Shown here: piece by piece, positions 1 to 10,366 of the stretch
Layout: the number at the start of each line of letters is the position of its first letter
How positions within the stretch are numbered: the first letter of the stretch is position 1
Assembly: GCA_046329515.1 (NCBI GenBank)
Contig: JAXLUM010000005.1
Span: forward strand, 217,787 to 281,786
Source of the DNA: Chitinophagales bacterium
Lineage (GTDB): Bacteria; Bacteroidota; Bacteroidia; Chitinophagales; LD1
Length of the DNA: 64,000 nucleotides
Direction: 5' to 3'
Notes under the pieces: generated by a model
Told to the model about the DNA's origin: nothing
Databases searched by the model: none
The model's input: the letters and a program-made list of their open reading frames with translations, nothing else
Translations under genes and position numbers: made by a program

Positions 1-3000
1 GATATAAGTTGGGCTTAAAGTATTGGCATTGGTTAAGGAACCTGAACCATTGTGTGTCCAGCTTACAGCTGTGTAATTACTTGCTGTAGCGCCTGTAACC
101 GTATTTAATAAACCGTTACAACCGCTAATATCCGGGCCTGCGTCAGCAGTAGCCTGCGGTAAAACAGTAATTGTAACAGTACCTGATAGGTCACCGGGCT
201 GAGCCGCGCAATAAGAATCGCTCAAATCAGCAATAGTATAGGTAGCATCAGATGTAGGTGCAACGTTAACCGGTATAGGATTGCTGTTGCCAACAAAGGT
301 TGTTCCGTCAGAAAGTGTTCCGCTCCATGGGCCCGTGCCCGTTACAAATACCGCAATGTTTACTGATTGCCCGTTACAAATAGTGGTTGAACCCACCAAA
401 TTGCCTGTAGGCCTTCCCTTAATAGTTAGGGTAAACACTGTTTGGTCAGAACATGCCGGGCTGGTAGCCGTTTCCTTTCGCACATAATAAGTGTGTACCC
501 CTGGTGTATTAATGCTTATGATTGTTGAAGGTAAAGCAGGCCCGCCACTGGTGTTAGACCATACATACGTTCCTGTAGTGGCATTGGCATCAGCAGGGTT
601 AAAATCTGTAAGGTCAATAGTACTGTTATCCTGGCATAAGGCCTGTGCATCCGTTGCAGGAAGATCAGGAGTAGGATATACCGTTAAAGTAACCTCACTT
701 TCATCACTACAAACCGGTGTAGTTGAAGTTTCCTTACGCACATAATAAGTAAATGTGCCCGGTGTGGTTAAGGAAAGAACCGTAGAGCCCAATGCCGCAC
801 CACCCTGTGTAAGAGACCAAATGTATGTACCCGTTGTGCTGTTGGCATCTGTTGGGTTAATAGAAGTTAGGTTAAACGAGGGGTTATAACATGTTGCATA
901 ATCAACTGTAGCCGGCAAATCAGGCACCTGGTTTACTACTACCGATGTATACACCGGTATACTCCATCCATAACAATCATCTTTAACACGTAATCTAACC
1001 TGGTAAGTACCCGGCACAGTAATATTCAGCACACCCGGGTTTTGATCCGTAATTTGTGAACCGCTAAGCAGGTTAGCGCCAGGTACTGCTGCAGAGTTAG
1101 GAGATGTTATTTTTTGAACAGCCCAATCGTAACAAGAACCCGCAGCGCTGGTTCCTAAGTTAATAGATGAACCAACGCAAATAGGGCTAATAGGATTTAT
1201 GGTAGGTAACGACCTTGTAGCCGATACATTAACGCCCTTCTTAAAAGTAACTGCACCATAGGTAAGGTCTAAACCGTAAATAGCCGGTTTTGAACCGCTG
1301 GCAGCAGGCAATGCGCCTGAACCGGGTAGAGAAGGGAAATAAATTTTTGCAGTTGACGAGGTGGCGGAATATGAACTTACCGAAGCGCTTACATCATTAA
1401 CGTAAGATGCCCCCGTAGGTAAAGTCCAGTTACCGGCACCACCTGCTTTTGTAATTGTTATTTCTGAATTAGTAGCGCCTACATAGGCACTTACTGTAGC
1501 AACCGGTGTAATTGGTATGGTTACGCTTGGGCTGGTAACTGTACCTGTGCCGGTTGCCATTTGGGCTGAAACCCCTGCTGAACCGTTTGCACCTGTACCA
1601 CCCTGGCCGCCGGTTCCACCGGTTCCGCCATTGCCGCCACAACGTGAGCCTACTATACAAGAGTTACAAGCGCCACTTCCGCCTCCGCTACCGCCTAAAC
1701 CTGCGCTTCCTGGCGCCCCGCTACCACCTGCACCTGCAGCCCCTGGGCTTAAATTACAGTTCGAAATAGTTCCAGCAGTTCCATTTACATAAATACCAAA
1801 TGAGGCACCGCCGCCATAACCGCCCGTGCCGCCTGAGCCGCCCTGGCCACCGGCGCCGCCTGCTGCACCATTCTGTGCACCGCATAAACCACCAACACAG
1901 GCACCAAATACACAGGCGCCAACACAACCCACATTATTACCGCTGCCGCCGCCGCCGCCTTGGCCGCCGCCGCCATTAATGCCTGTACCACCCTGGCCGC
2001 CCGGCACAAAGTAATTACTATATGTACCTGCACTGCCTGTTGCTAAACTATTTGAACCGCCAAAACCGCCTGCTCCAACTCCCCCGTTGTTACCACTATT
2101 GCCAGCGCTTAAAGCGCCACCTCCACCAACACCTGCTGCTCCATTCGCATTTTGGTTACTTCCCGTTCCTGTACCGCCGGCACCATTGCCTTTAGCACCC
2201 GCCGTACCGGCGCCTGAAGTTCCGCCGCTGCAACTTGCGCGGCCATTACCGCCGCCGCCGCCTGCACCGCCTGAAAAGCCACCTCCAACAGCAGGGGTTA
2301 CTCCGTTAGTGCCTGCTGTTGCAGCAGGGGTTATTATTTTGCAACGGGTAATTTCATAACCGCTGCAGTTGTCAATATGCACACCGTAAAAAGATTGCCC
2401 CCTGTTATTGGTTTGGCCGGTGCCTGATGGAGAAATTACGTTTATTGTAAGATCCTGTAAGCGCCAGTTATTTACACTGGCTGCGGCCATACCACGGTAA
2501 ACACCAATTTGTGTTGCACCAACAGTTGGCGTTTCTAAAGATGGAGTTATATCTAACTGTGAAGTAAGGCTTATATTCTTTTGCCATGTTGCATCACATC
2601 CGCTACCGGCAGATTCATATCCGCCATCAAAAAATGTATTGGCCGGTATATCTATTCTACCGCTTACGGTATACGTACCGCTAAGCATGCGTATTTCATT
2701 CAACTGGCCGTATGTGCCCAGGTTAATTAATCCTATTGCCGAAGAAAGACTTGTAGGGCTCGCGCTTGTGAAACCATCACCGGTTCCTGTTGGCGATACA
2801 TAAATAATGTTTGAACAACTAGCAGGTCCGCTGGAAGTTGTAAAGTTGAACACCGGACATGAAAGGGCATCACCCTGTGCGTTGGTAGGGACTACTTTCC
2901 AATAGTAGGTAGTGCCCGAACTTAAGGTGCCTGCACTATAGGTTAATACATTACCAAGGTTAGTTCCGTTTTCAATGTTGGTGGGTGGGTTATTGGTTCC

Positions 3001-3876
3001 AAAATATAATTTGTATGAAGTTGGTGTTCCCGGAGGGTTAGCAGGTGCAGCCCATTGTAAGGAAGTACCCACAGTGCTTATGCCGCCAGCACCATCAGCA
3101 GGAAAAGAGGGCGTAACGCAACCCGGATAATAAGTATTAAATGTGCGCACAGCGCAACCGTTTTGGTCGCCGCTGCCGTAGTTCCATGGGGCAATACGCC
3201 AGTAGTATACCTGGTTTGGAGCCAGGCCGCCGGTAGCATATGAAGTTGCCAAACCCTGGTTGGCACCGTTAACTACGTTTGTAGGCGGGTTGTTGGTTCC
3301 GAAATAAAGTTTGTACCCATGCACTGTGCCGCCGGCTGAGTTCCACTGCAGTGTAGTACCTACAGAAGATACCGTTTGCGTGTTACCAGGGAAAACATAA
3401 CTACCACAAACCGGTAGTGGCGGGTGCACCACCTTACATACAACAGTACTGTTGGTTGAGTTGGTTTGGCAATAGAAGTAGAATAAACCTAAAAGGTTGG
3501 TAACCTCGTGCAGGTAAACACGAACCTGTCCGTTAAAGGTTGAGGTCCATACTATGCGCGATTGTAAACCGCAGGCATCATCACTATAAGCCAGTACAGT
3601 ACCGCCACCGGCATCAGTAAGGGTAAGTTCTGAATCATAACCGGCATTGCCACCGTCAGTGCCGCAGGTGCTCCATGTGTAAGTAGAGCCTAACACCACA
3701 TTCCAAACTACATATTCGCCGCTCCAGCTTATAGTTGTTGCACTGGTCCATGCACCGTTTGCAGGGGGGGTGTAAGAACCTGCAGGATATTGATTGCCAT
3801 TCGTGCATTGGCCTTTTAAATTGTCATATGCAAATAAAAATACAAATGACAGAATCAGGGGTACGAGTTTCCTCAT
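1..3876 (-). CDS. Very large secreted multi-domain protein, 3'-partial: signal peptide, two FN3-like repeats, beta-helix-like region with Gly/Cys-rich insert, tandem Ig/PKD-like repeats
   Basis: ATG at 3876 (MRKLVPLILSFVFLFAYDNLKGQC...). The same frame was spot-checked at 3841, 3001, 1501 and 1-60 (...WTHNGSGSLTNANTLSPTYI) and is consistent. Presumably absent from the ORF track because the stop lies outside the window. Duplicated LQW...YKLYFGTNNPPTN...YYW units. Confidence 0.88.
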   Translation of the reverse strand, partial: MRKLVPLILSFVFLFAYDNLKGQCTNGNQYPAGSYTPPANGAWTSATTISWSGEYVVWNVVLGSTYTWSTCGTDGGNAGYDSELTLTDAGGGTVLAYSDDACGLQSRIVWTSTFNGQVRVYLHEVTNLLGLFYFYCQTNSTNSTVVCKVVHPPLPVCGSYVFPGNTQTVSSVGTTLQWNSAGGTVHGYKLYFGTNNPPTNVVNGANQGLATSYATGGLAPNQVYYWRIAPWNYGSGDQNGCAVRTFNTYYPGCVTPSFPADGAGGISTVGTSLQWAAPANPPGTPTSYKLYFGTNNPPTNIENGTNLGNVLTYSAGTLSSGTTYYWKVVPTNAQGDALSCPVFNFTTSSGPASCSNIIYVSPTGTGDGFTSASPTSLSSAIGLINLGTYGQLNEIRMLSGTYTVSGRIDIPANTFFDGGYESAGSGCDATWQKNISLTSQLDITPSLETPTVGATQIGVYRGMAAASVNNWRLQDLTINVISPSGTGQTNNRGQSFYGVHIDNCSGYEITRCKIITPAATAGTNGVTPAVGGGFSGGAGGGGGNGRASCSGGTSGAGTAGAKGNGAGGTGTGSNQNANGAAGVGGGGALSAGNSGNNGGVGAGGFGGSNSLATGSAGTYSNYFVPGGQGGTGINGGGGQGGGGGSGNNVGCVGACVFGACVGGLCGAQNGAAGGAGGQGGSGGTGGYGGGASFGIYVNGTAGTISNCNLSPGAAGAGGSGAPGSAGLGGSGGGSGACNSCIVGSRCGGNGGTGGTGGQGGTGANGSAGVSAQMATGTGTVTSPSVTIPITPVATVSAYVGATNSEITITKAGGAGNWTLPTGASYVNDVSASVSSYSATSSTAKIYFPSLPGSGALPAASGSKPAIYGLDLTYGAVTFKKGVNVSATRSLPTINPISPICVGSSINLGTSAAGSCYDWAVQKITSPNSAAVPGANLLSGSQITDQNPGVLNITVPGTYQVRLRVKDDCYGWSIPVYTSVVVNQVPDLPATVDYATCYNPSFNLTSINPTDANSTTGTYIWSLTQGGAALGSTVLSLTTPGTFTYYVRKETSTTPVCSDESEVTLTVYPTPDLPATDAQALCQDNSTIDLTDFNPADANATTGTYVWSNTSGGPALPSTIISINTPGVHTYYVRKETATSPACSDQTVFTLTIKGRPTGNLVGSTTICNGQSVNIAVFVTGTGPWSGTLSDGTTFVGNSNPIPVNVAPTSDATYTIADLSDSYCAAQPGDLSGTVTITVLPQATADAGPDISGCNGLLNTVTGATASNYTAVSWTHNGSGSLTNANTLSPTYI

Positions 3877-3987
3877 AGCAAATGGTTTATTTTTAGCGTA
3901 ATTTAAGGGGTTTTGTGGTATGTTGTCAAGTTTATATGCACATTTTGCGCATATATGTAAGAGCCATCCTAAAGCCCAAAGGTTGTA

Positions 3988-5538
3988 TTATCTCCTTTTG
4001 CCACCTAAGCCCAGCACACCAAGTATGCCACGGGTAACTTCCTTCAATATCATTTTGCCTGCCGAACTTTTAGCAAAATCGCCTACCATATCCGCCCCCT
4101 TTTCAAAGGCCGTAGGTTCGGGTTTAGCTTGTTTCGCAGTGGTTTGCTTTGGCAATTCAAAATTCGTAACACTTTGGTTTTGTGCCTGTTGCAGCTTACC
4201 AGTCAAAATTTCAAAAGCGCTGTCGCGGTCAATTACTTCATTGTATTTCTTTACCAAAAAAGACTTGCTATTTATTTCATCTATCTCCTGCGGGCTTAGC
4301 ACATCCATGCGCGATTGAGGGGCCTGCATAAGTGTAACAGCTAAAGGGGTGGGGCTACCTTTTTCATCTAAAACCGTAACCAAGGCCTCGCCCATACCCA
4401 ATGCAGTAATTATGTTTTCTGTATCATAAAAGTCTGATAAAGGGTAATTCTCGGCTGTTAGTTTAATCTGCTTACGGTCTTTGGCGGTAAAGGCACGCAA
4501 AGCATGTTGTATTTTCATACCCAACTGGCCTAATACACTATCGGGCACATCCATTGGGTTTTGCGTAATAAAGAAAATGCCTACGCCTTTACTGCGTATC
4601 AATTTTACAATGGTTTCTATCTGGTCTAACAAAGCTTTGCTGGCTTCTTCAAAAACCAAGTGGGCCTCATCAATAAAAATTACCAGCTTGGGCCGGTCAG
4701 CATCTCCCTCTTCAGGAAAGGTGGAATATATTTCTGCCAGCAGGCAAAGCATAAAGGTGCTGAATAGCTTTGGCCTGTCCTGCACATCCGTTAAGCGAAG
4801 AATAGAAATAATGCCTTTACCGTTTTCATCAAAGCGGCATAAGTCATCTACTTCAAAACTCTTTTCGCCAAAGAACATTTCAGCGCCCTGGCCTTCTAGC
4901 TCAATTACCTTGCGCAATATGGTGGCCGTAGTAGCCGTGCTTACCTTACCATAGGTTTGCTCAATATCTGCCTTGCCTTCATTGGTAATGTAGTTCATTA
5001 CCTTTTTAAAATCCTTAAGGTCGAGCAGAGGCAGTTTTTTGTCGTCGCAGTATTTAAAAATAATAGCTACCACACCTTGCTGTGTGTCGTTCAGGTCAAG
5101 TATTTTGGAGAACAACACCGGGCCGAATTCGGATACGGTAGCTCGCAAACGCGCCCCCTTTTCATTACTAAGGCTTAAAAACTCTACCGGGTTTTGTTTG
5201 GGCGTCCACCCAATACCTATGCGCCCCTGGCGTTCTTCAATTTTGGGGTTTGTAGTTCCGGGCTTCGCAATACCGCTTAAGTCCCCTTTAATATCCATCA
5301 ATAAACAGCTAACCCCTTTATCAGAAAGTTGCTCTGCAATTAACTGTAGTGATTTTGTTTTACCTGTACCCGTGGCACCTGCAATTAAACCGTGGCGGTT
5401 AAAGGTCTTCAATGGCGCTTTAACCGGCGCATCTGCTAAAGTTTGCCCATCAAGCATGGGTGCGCCTAATACTATAAAATCACCTTTAGGATTGTATCCG
5501 TTCTGTATCGTTTCTTTAAACTTCTGTTGGTCTGCCAT
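3988..5538 (-). CDS. DUF853 / HerA-like P-loop ATPase (YjgR family)
   Basis: RHGLIAGATGTGKTKSLQ Walker A, FIDEAHLVF Walker B, LIRSKGVGIFFITQNP, QHALRAFT. Start placed at MADQQ (5538). Confidence 0.9.
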   Translation of the reverse strand: MADQQKFKETIQNGYNPKGDFIVLGAPMLDGQTLADAPVKAPLKTFNRHGLIAGATGTGKTKSLQLIAEQLSDKGVSCLLMDIKGDLSGIAKPGTTNPKIEERQGRIGIGWTPKQNPVEFLSLSNEKGARLRATVSEFGPVLFSKILDLNDTQQGVVAIIFKYCDDKKLPLLDLKDFKKVMNYITNEGKADIEQTYGKVSTATTATILRKVIELEGQGAEMFFGEKSFEVDDLCRFDENGKGIISILRLTDVQDRPKLFSTFMLCLLAEIYSTFPEEGDADRPKLVIFIDEAHLVFEEASKALLDQIETIVKLIRSKGVGIFFITQNPMDVPDSVLGQLGMKIQHALRAFTAKDRKQIKLTAENYPLSDFYDTENIITALGMGEALVTVLDEKGSPTPLAVTLMQAPQSRMDVLSPQEIDEINSKSFLVKKYNEVIDRDSAFEILTGKLQQAQNQSVTNFELPKQTTAKQAKPEPTAFEKGADMVGDFAKSSAGKMILKEVTRGILGVLGLGGKRR

Positions 5539-5639
5539 ACTGCACAAATTTCAAAATCGAAAATATGAAACACCGCTTCAATTGCCACATTTTCTACTAA
5601 CATCCGCTCCGCTACAAATTGTTTTCTTTGCGCCCTGTT

Positions 5640-6821
5640 ATGAGCAAGTTTCCATCTATAATATTGCATAAGCATAAGGCAGAAGCCGTTAAGCGTTTTC
5701 ACCCCTGGATTTTTTCCGGAGCCATTAAAAAAGCTGACAAAGGATTACAAGCCGGCGATGTGGTAGAAGTATTTACAGAAGATGGCACCTACCTTGCCAC
5801 AGGCCATTACGGCACCGGTAGCATTGCCGTGCGCGTATTCAGCTTTAAACAAACCAACGACTTAAAGGCGCTATGGCGCGAACGTTTCCGTTCAGCTTAC
5901 AAAGTGCGCGAAGCCATTGGCTTAACCGATAGCGGCAACACCAACACCTACCGCTTAATTTTTGCGGAAGGCGATGGCATGCCCGGTTTAATTGCGGATT
6001 ACTACAACGGCACTATAGTATTACAATGCCATACAGCAGGTATGTATAAGGAGCGCATGAACTTTGTGGAAGCGCTGAAAGAAATTTACGGCAGCCGCTT
6101 AAAAGCAGTGTACGATAAAAGCAAAGCTGCCTTACACGATGCCGTGGATGCCAAAGACGGGTATCTGTTAGGCGAAGGCACCAACGAAGCCGTTAGCGAA
6201 TACGGCCACCTGTTTAAGGTAGATTTTGTGCAGGGCCAAAAAACCGGCTTTTTTGTTGACCAACGCGAGAACAGAAAGCTTCTTTCCCATTATACTGCCG
6301 GCAAAAAAATATTGAACACCTTTTGCTACTCAGGCGGCTTTAGCATTTACGCTTTAAAAGCGGGCGCTGAATTAGTGCACTCGGTTGACAGTAGCGCGAA
6401 GGCTATGGAATGGACAGACGAAAATGTGCGCCTGAATTTTGGTGAGGAGAAACGCCATACTTCTTTTACTGCCGATGTGTTTGACTTTTTTAAAGACAGT
6501 AAAGAAAATTATGATGTAATTGTGCTGGACCCACCGGCATTTGCCAAAGGCATGGGTGCCAAACACGCTGCCATAAAAGCATACACCCGTTTAAATGCTG
6601 CGGCCTTTAAAAAGATAAAGAGCGGCGGCATTGTTTTCACCTTCAGTTGCAGCCAGGTAATATCTCCTGATCTATTTAAAGGCGCTGTTACTGCCGCTGC
6701 TATTGAAAGCGGCCGCAACATTCGCATACTGCAACACCTAACCCAACCGGCTGACCACCCCGTAAGCATCTACCACCCCGAAGGTTTATACCTGAAAGGT
6801 TTGGTGGTGTATGTGGAGTAA
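5640..6821 (+). CDS. rlmI: 23S rRNA m5C1962 methyltransferase (RlmI family)
   Basis: PUA-like RFHPWIFSG N-terminus, AEGDGMPGLIADYY, GQKTGFFVDQRENR, LNTFCYSGGFS, LDPPAFAK, TFSCS, YLKG. Start placed at MSKFP. Confidence 0.88.
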   Translation: MSKFPSIILHKHKAEAVKRFHPWIFSGAIKKADKGLQAGDVVEVFTEDGTYLATGHYGTGSIAVRVFSFKQTNDLKALWRERFRSAYKVREAIGLTDSGNTNTYRLIFAEGDGMPGLIADYYNGTIVLQCHTAGMYKERMNFVEALKEIYGSRLKAVYDKSKAALHDAVDAKDGYLLGEGTNEAVSEYGHLFKVDFVQGQKTGFFVDQRENRKLLSHYTAGKKILNTFCYSGGFSIYALKAGAELVHSVDSSAKAMEWTDENVRLNFGEEKRHTSFTADVFDFFKDSKENYDVIVLDPPAFAKGMGAKHAAIKAYTRLNAAAFKKIKSGGIVFTFSCSQVISPDLFKGAVTAAAIESGRNIRILQHLTQPADHPVSIYHPEGLYLKGLVVYVE

Positions 6822-6829
6822 GCTTCTTT

Positions 6830-7232
6830 GTCATGTCAAGCGCAGCGAGACATCTTGATTTTATCATGGCATCTATAAGCGGCAGTCCTCAGTTCAGGCT
6901 CCTCCCAAAAAGGGTGGAATGCAACCTACTTATGCATGAAAATATTCATCGGATGACTCAAAGTCATCCGATGAGTTAAAATTGTCCTGTTGAGCGCAGC
7001 GAGACATCTTGATTTTAGTCTTGTCCTTACAACCTGTTAAGATCCCTCCCTCACCTGCGGCGGGTCGGGATGACACCCTTCGACATTCCGAAGCCTCGGA
7101 ATCAGGGTGACATTACGTTGTCTTGTCGTCCGACTAAGCGCTTGTCAGTCTGAGCTTGTCGAAGACTAGACAAGCTGGGGCCAATGCTATTTCACCCTTC
7201 GACATCCCGAAGCCTCGGGATCAGGGTCACAG
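6830..7232. repeat. Intergenic cluster of REP-like palindromic repeats
   Basis: GTC(A/C)TGT..AGCGCAGCGAGACATCTTGATTTTA at 6830 and 6984. Perfect 12-bp hairpin TCATCGGATGAC-tcaaa-GTCATCCGATGA at 6946-6974. CACCCTTCGACAT(T/C)CCGAAGCCTCGG(A/G)ATCAGGGT.ACA twice (~7074, ~7194). GTCAGTCTGAGCTTGTCGAAGACT at ~7145. Confidence 0.85.
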
Positions 7233-7238
7233 TTACCC

Positions 7239-9464
7239 CTACCCTACCAACTCCAAATCAATACGGCGAAGGATAATATCAGCCGATAACACACGCACGC
7301 GTACTTTATCCCCAAGTTGGAATTTGCGTTTGCTGCGCGCGCCAACCAGGCGCACCATATTCTCTTCGTAAATAAAATCTTCATCGCCCAGCATTTCTGT
7401 ACTTATCATGCCCTCGCATTTGTTGTCTATCATTTCAACAAACACGCCGCGGGCAATTACTCCGCTTATCAGGCCGTCAAACTCCTCGCCTATTTTATCC
7501 TGCAAAAATTCAATCTGCTTGTACTTAGTGGCTTCACGTTCGGCATCCATGGCCTTGCGCTCCATTAGCGATGAGTTCTTGCAGTATTTCTCCAGTTCAT
7601 CTTTATCAACCACCGCATCGCTATGCGTTAGCAGCTTATGAATTAAACGATGCACCATTACATCAGGGTAACGGCGTATGGGTGAGGTAAAGTGCGTGTA
7701 ATGCTCCATAGCCAAACCGTAGTGCCCTATATTCTCCGTAGTATACTCCGCTTTAGCCATAGTGCGTATAGCCATAGTTTCTACCACGTTTTGCTCAGGC
7801 CGGCCTTCCACTTTCTTTAAAAGGTTATTAAGCGTTTCAGACACCTGTTTTGGTTCTTCAAACTTCAACACATAACCAAAGCGCGATACTACTGCAGCAA
7901 ACAACTCCAACTTAGCAGGGTCCGGTGTATCATGCACACGGTAAACAAAAGGTTTGGCCTGTTTGCCGTTATGCAGGCGGCTGCCGTATTTAGCTACCGT
8001 TTCATTAGCCAACAACATAAAGTCCTCTACCAACAGGTGGGCATCCTTACGTATCTTCAACACAATGCCCAATGGCTTGCCGTTTTCATCCAGTTTAAAG
8101 CGAACCTCTGCCTTTTCAAAAGCAATCGCTCCTTTCTTAAATCGCTTCTCGCGTATCTTCTTCGAAATAGCCAACAGCGTTTTTAATTCTTCAACATAAT
8201 CGCCTTGCCCTGTTTCCAGAACTTCCTGCACTTCTTCATACGTAAAGCGGCGGTTGCTGTGTATTACGGTTTTACCTATTGAAACATGCTTTACATTGAA
8301 CTTATCATCCATTTCAAAAATGGTGCTGAAGGTCAGTTTGTCTTCATTGGGCCGCAGCGAGCATAACACATTGCTCAACTTTTCCGGCAACATAGGGCAA
8401 ACCCTATCAGGCAGGTAAACGGAAGTGGCCCGCCGCTCTGCTTCCTTATCCAGTTCGCTGCCTTCCGGTATATAATGCGATACATCCGCAATGTGCACAC
8501 CTACCTCAAGGTTTCCGTTATCCAGCTTTCGAATAGAGATGGCATCATCAAAATCCTTGGCATCAACAGGGTCAATTGTAAAGGTCAACACATCTCTGTA
8601 ATCAAGGCGCTTGCTTATTTCCTCGCGGCTTATTTTTTCGCTAACGCGCGCCAACTCCTGGTAACAGGCCTTTGGGAAATCAATGCTAAAGCCGTTCTCC
8701 ATTAATATGCGCTTCATGTCCAGGTCGCTGCTGTAGCTGCCGTCAAGCACTTCCAACACCTCACCCACAGGGTTCTTGGTGCCACTATTCCAATTGGTAA
8801 CACGCACAATAACGCGGTCATGGTGTTTAGCGCCATTCAGTGCATCCAACGGAACAAACACATCGCTCTTTAAGCGGTTTTCATCCGCAATAAAAAAGGC
8901 GAAGCGTTCCAACACATCCACTCTGCCTAAAAAGGTATCCCGGCTGTGTTTGGTTATCTCTAATATCTCACCTTCAGGTCGGCGTCCACCACCGGTTATA
9001 CGCAGTTTTACTTCATCGCCCTGTTGAGCGTTCTTTACGTACTTCTTCGGCACATATACATCCTTCTCTAAACCTTCAACAGTTATAAAGGCATCGCCAC
9101 TACGTGCAATATCTACCGTGCCATAAAAGTAACGGCTGTTCTTGCCATCCCCTTTATGGGCCTTAGGCATATTCAGTAACTTAATGGTGCCCTTTTGTTC
9201 AATACGCAAAACCCCTTCGTGGTCTAATTCATTAAGGGCAACTATTATTTCTTCCTGTGTTAGTTTGCGCAGCAGCTTAGGGAACAGCTTTTTCAAATCA
9301 GCATCCTTTCCCATTGCTTTTATTACGCTCAATACAATATCTGCATTTCCATTGTTAGAGGACTTTTTCTTTTTCTTATCCCCTTTATGGTCTTTCTTTT
9401 TTTCAAAAGACTTATCCTCTTTCTTTTTACGCGGTATAAAGTCTTTCTTTTTCTTTTTCGACAT
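7239..9464 (-). CDS. rnr: Ribonuclease R
   Basis: Cold-shock domains, RNB motif TIDPVDAKDFDDAIS, HFTSPIRRYPD, C-terminal S1 domain, Lys-rich N-terminus. Confidence 0.95.
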   Translation of the reverse strand: MSKKKKKDFIPRKKKEDKSFEKKKDHKGDKKKKKSSNNGNADIVLSVIKAMGKDADLKKLFPKLLRKLTQEEIIVALNELDHEGVLRIEQKGTIKLLNMPKAHKGDGKNSRYFYGTVDIARSGDAFITVEGLEKDVYVPKKYVKNAQQGDEVKLRITGGGRRPEGEILEITKHSRDTFLGRVDVLERFAFFIADENRLKSDVFVPLDALNGAKHHDRVIVRVTNWNSGTKNPVGEVLEVLDGSYSSDLDMKRILMENGFSIDFPKACYQELARVSEKISREEISKRLDYRDVLTFTIDPVDAKDFDDAISIRKLDNGNLEVGVHIADVSHYIPEGSELDKEAERRATSVYLPDRVCPMLPEKLSNVLCSLRPNEDKLTFSTIFEMDDKFNVKHVSIGKTVIHSNRRFTYEEVQEVLETGQGDYVEELKTLLAISKKIREKRFKKGAIAFEKAEVRFKLDENGKPLGIVLKIRKDAHLLVEDFMLLANETVAKYGSRLHNGKQAKPFVYRVHDTPDPAKLELFAAVVSRFGYVLKFEEPKQVSETLNNLLKKVEGRPEQNVVETMAIRTMAKAEYTTENIGHYGLAMEHYTHFTSPIRRYPDVMVHRLIHKLLTHSDAVVDKDELEKYCKNSSLMERKAMDAEREATKYKQIEFLQDKIGEEFDGLISGVIARGVFVEMIDNKCEGMISTEMLGDEDFIYEENMVRLVGARSKRKFQLGDKVRVRVLSADIILRRIDLELVG

Positions 9465-9582
9465 AATCTAAATTTCTTTTAGCCATTAAGAGCAAAGCAT
9501 TATTTGCTAAACCCCATGGCAATAGTTATTCCTGCATTAGGCAGGTTTAAAATACAATTAATACAAACGAAGGGAGGGAATA

Positions 9583-10365
9583 TTATTCCACAATAAAGAA
9601 AGGGTTAAGCAAACTCTCTTTATTGTAAACTAAGGGCTTACCGCCCGTTATTTCATAAACGCCTTTACCGGCATATAAAACCACGGCATGGGCAGCAGCG
9701 CTGTCCCACTCCATCGTAGGGCCAAATCGCGGATAAACATCCGCCTTGCCTTCGGCCACCAGGCAAAATTTTAAAGAACTACCGGAGGATAAAAAGTCAA
9801 CCTCTTTCCCCTCCTGTTTTAAGCGATCAACAAACTGCAGGGTTTCATCCGTTAAATGCGAGCGGCTGGCTACCACCATTACCTTCTGCAGCTTTGTATA
9901 ATGCGCTGTTGCTTTTATAGCAACGTATCTATCCTCTTCCTGCTTAAATGCGCCAACACCTTCAGCCCCGAAAAACAATTGATTTAAAGCAGGGGCATAC
10001 ACCACGCCCAGTTTAGCAACGCCATCTTCTATTAACGCAATGTTTACCGTAAACTCCCCGTTGCGCTTAATAAACTCCTTAGTGCCATCCAAGGGGTCAA
10101 TCAACCAAAAGCGCTTCCAGGTTTTACGCTCTTCATAAGGCAGAGCCTTCACTTCTTCACTTATGTAGGGTATAGCAGGATACAATTGGTGCAGGCCCTG
10201 CAGTATTACCTCGTTCGATTTCCGGTCAGCTTCTGTAAGTGGCGATTTATCATCTTTTACTTCCACGGCAAAATCGCGGCTGTAAACTTCCATAATAGCA
10301 TCACCGGCTTTCTTTGCTATTGCAACTACGGCCTCTATATCAATATCCCGGTAAACAAACTTCAT
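9583..10365 (-). CDS. cysQ: 3'(2'),5'-bisphosphate nucleotidase
   Basis: KDDKSPLTEAD, WLIDPLDGTKEFIKRNGEFTVNIALI, GSSLKFCLVAEG, TMEWDSAAAHA. Confidence 0.93.
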   Translation of the reverse strand: MKFVYRDIDIEAVVAIAKKAGDAIMEVYSRDFAVEVKDDKSPLTEADRKSNEVILQGLHQLYPAIPYISEEVKALPYEERKTWKRFWLIDPLDGTKEFIKRNGEFTVNIALIEDGVAKLGVVYAPALNQLFFGAEGVGAFKQEEDRYVAIKATAHYTKLQKVMVVASRSHLTDETLQFVDRLKQEGKEVDFLSSGSSLKFCLVAEGKADVYPRFGPTMEWDSAAAHAVVLYAGKGVYEITGGKPLVYNKESLLNPFFIVE

Positions 10366-10366
10366 A

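Noticed and set aside
1517-2359. Proline-rich plus-strand ORFs (1517-1792, 1826-2014, 2087-2359)
   Set aside because: They are antisense shadows of GGN codons in the Gly-rich part of the large minus-strand gene.
7156-7371. Small ORFs sharing FDIPKPRDQ/FNIPKLRDQ (7156-7371 and 44707-44964) as a peptide family
   Set aside because: The shared peptide is just the translation of the intergenic palindrome, and the first ORF overlaps the rnr 3' end.
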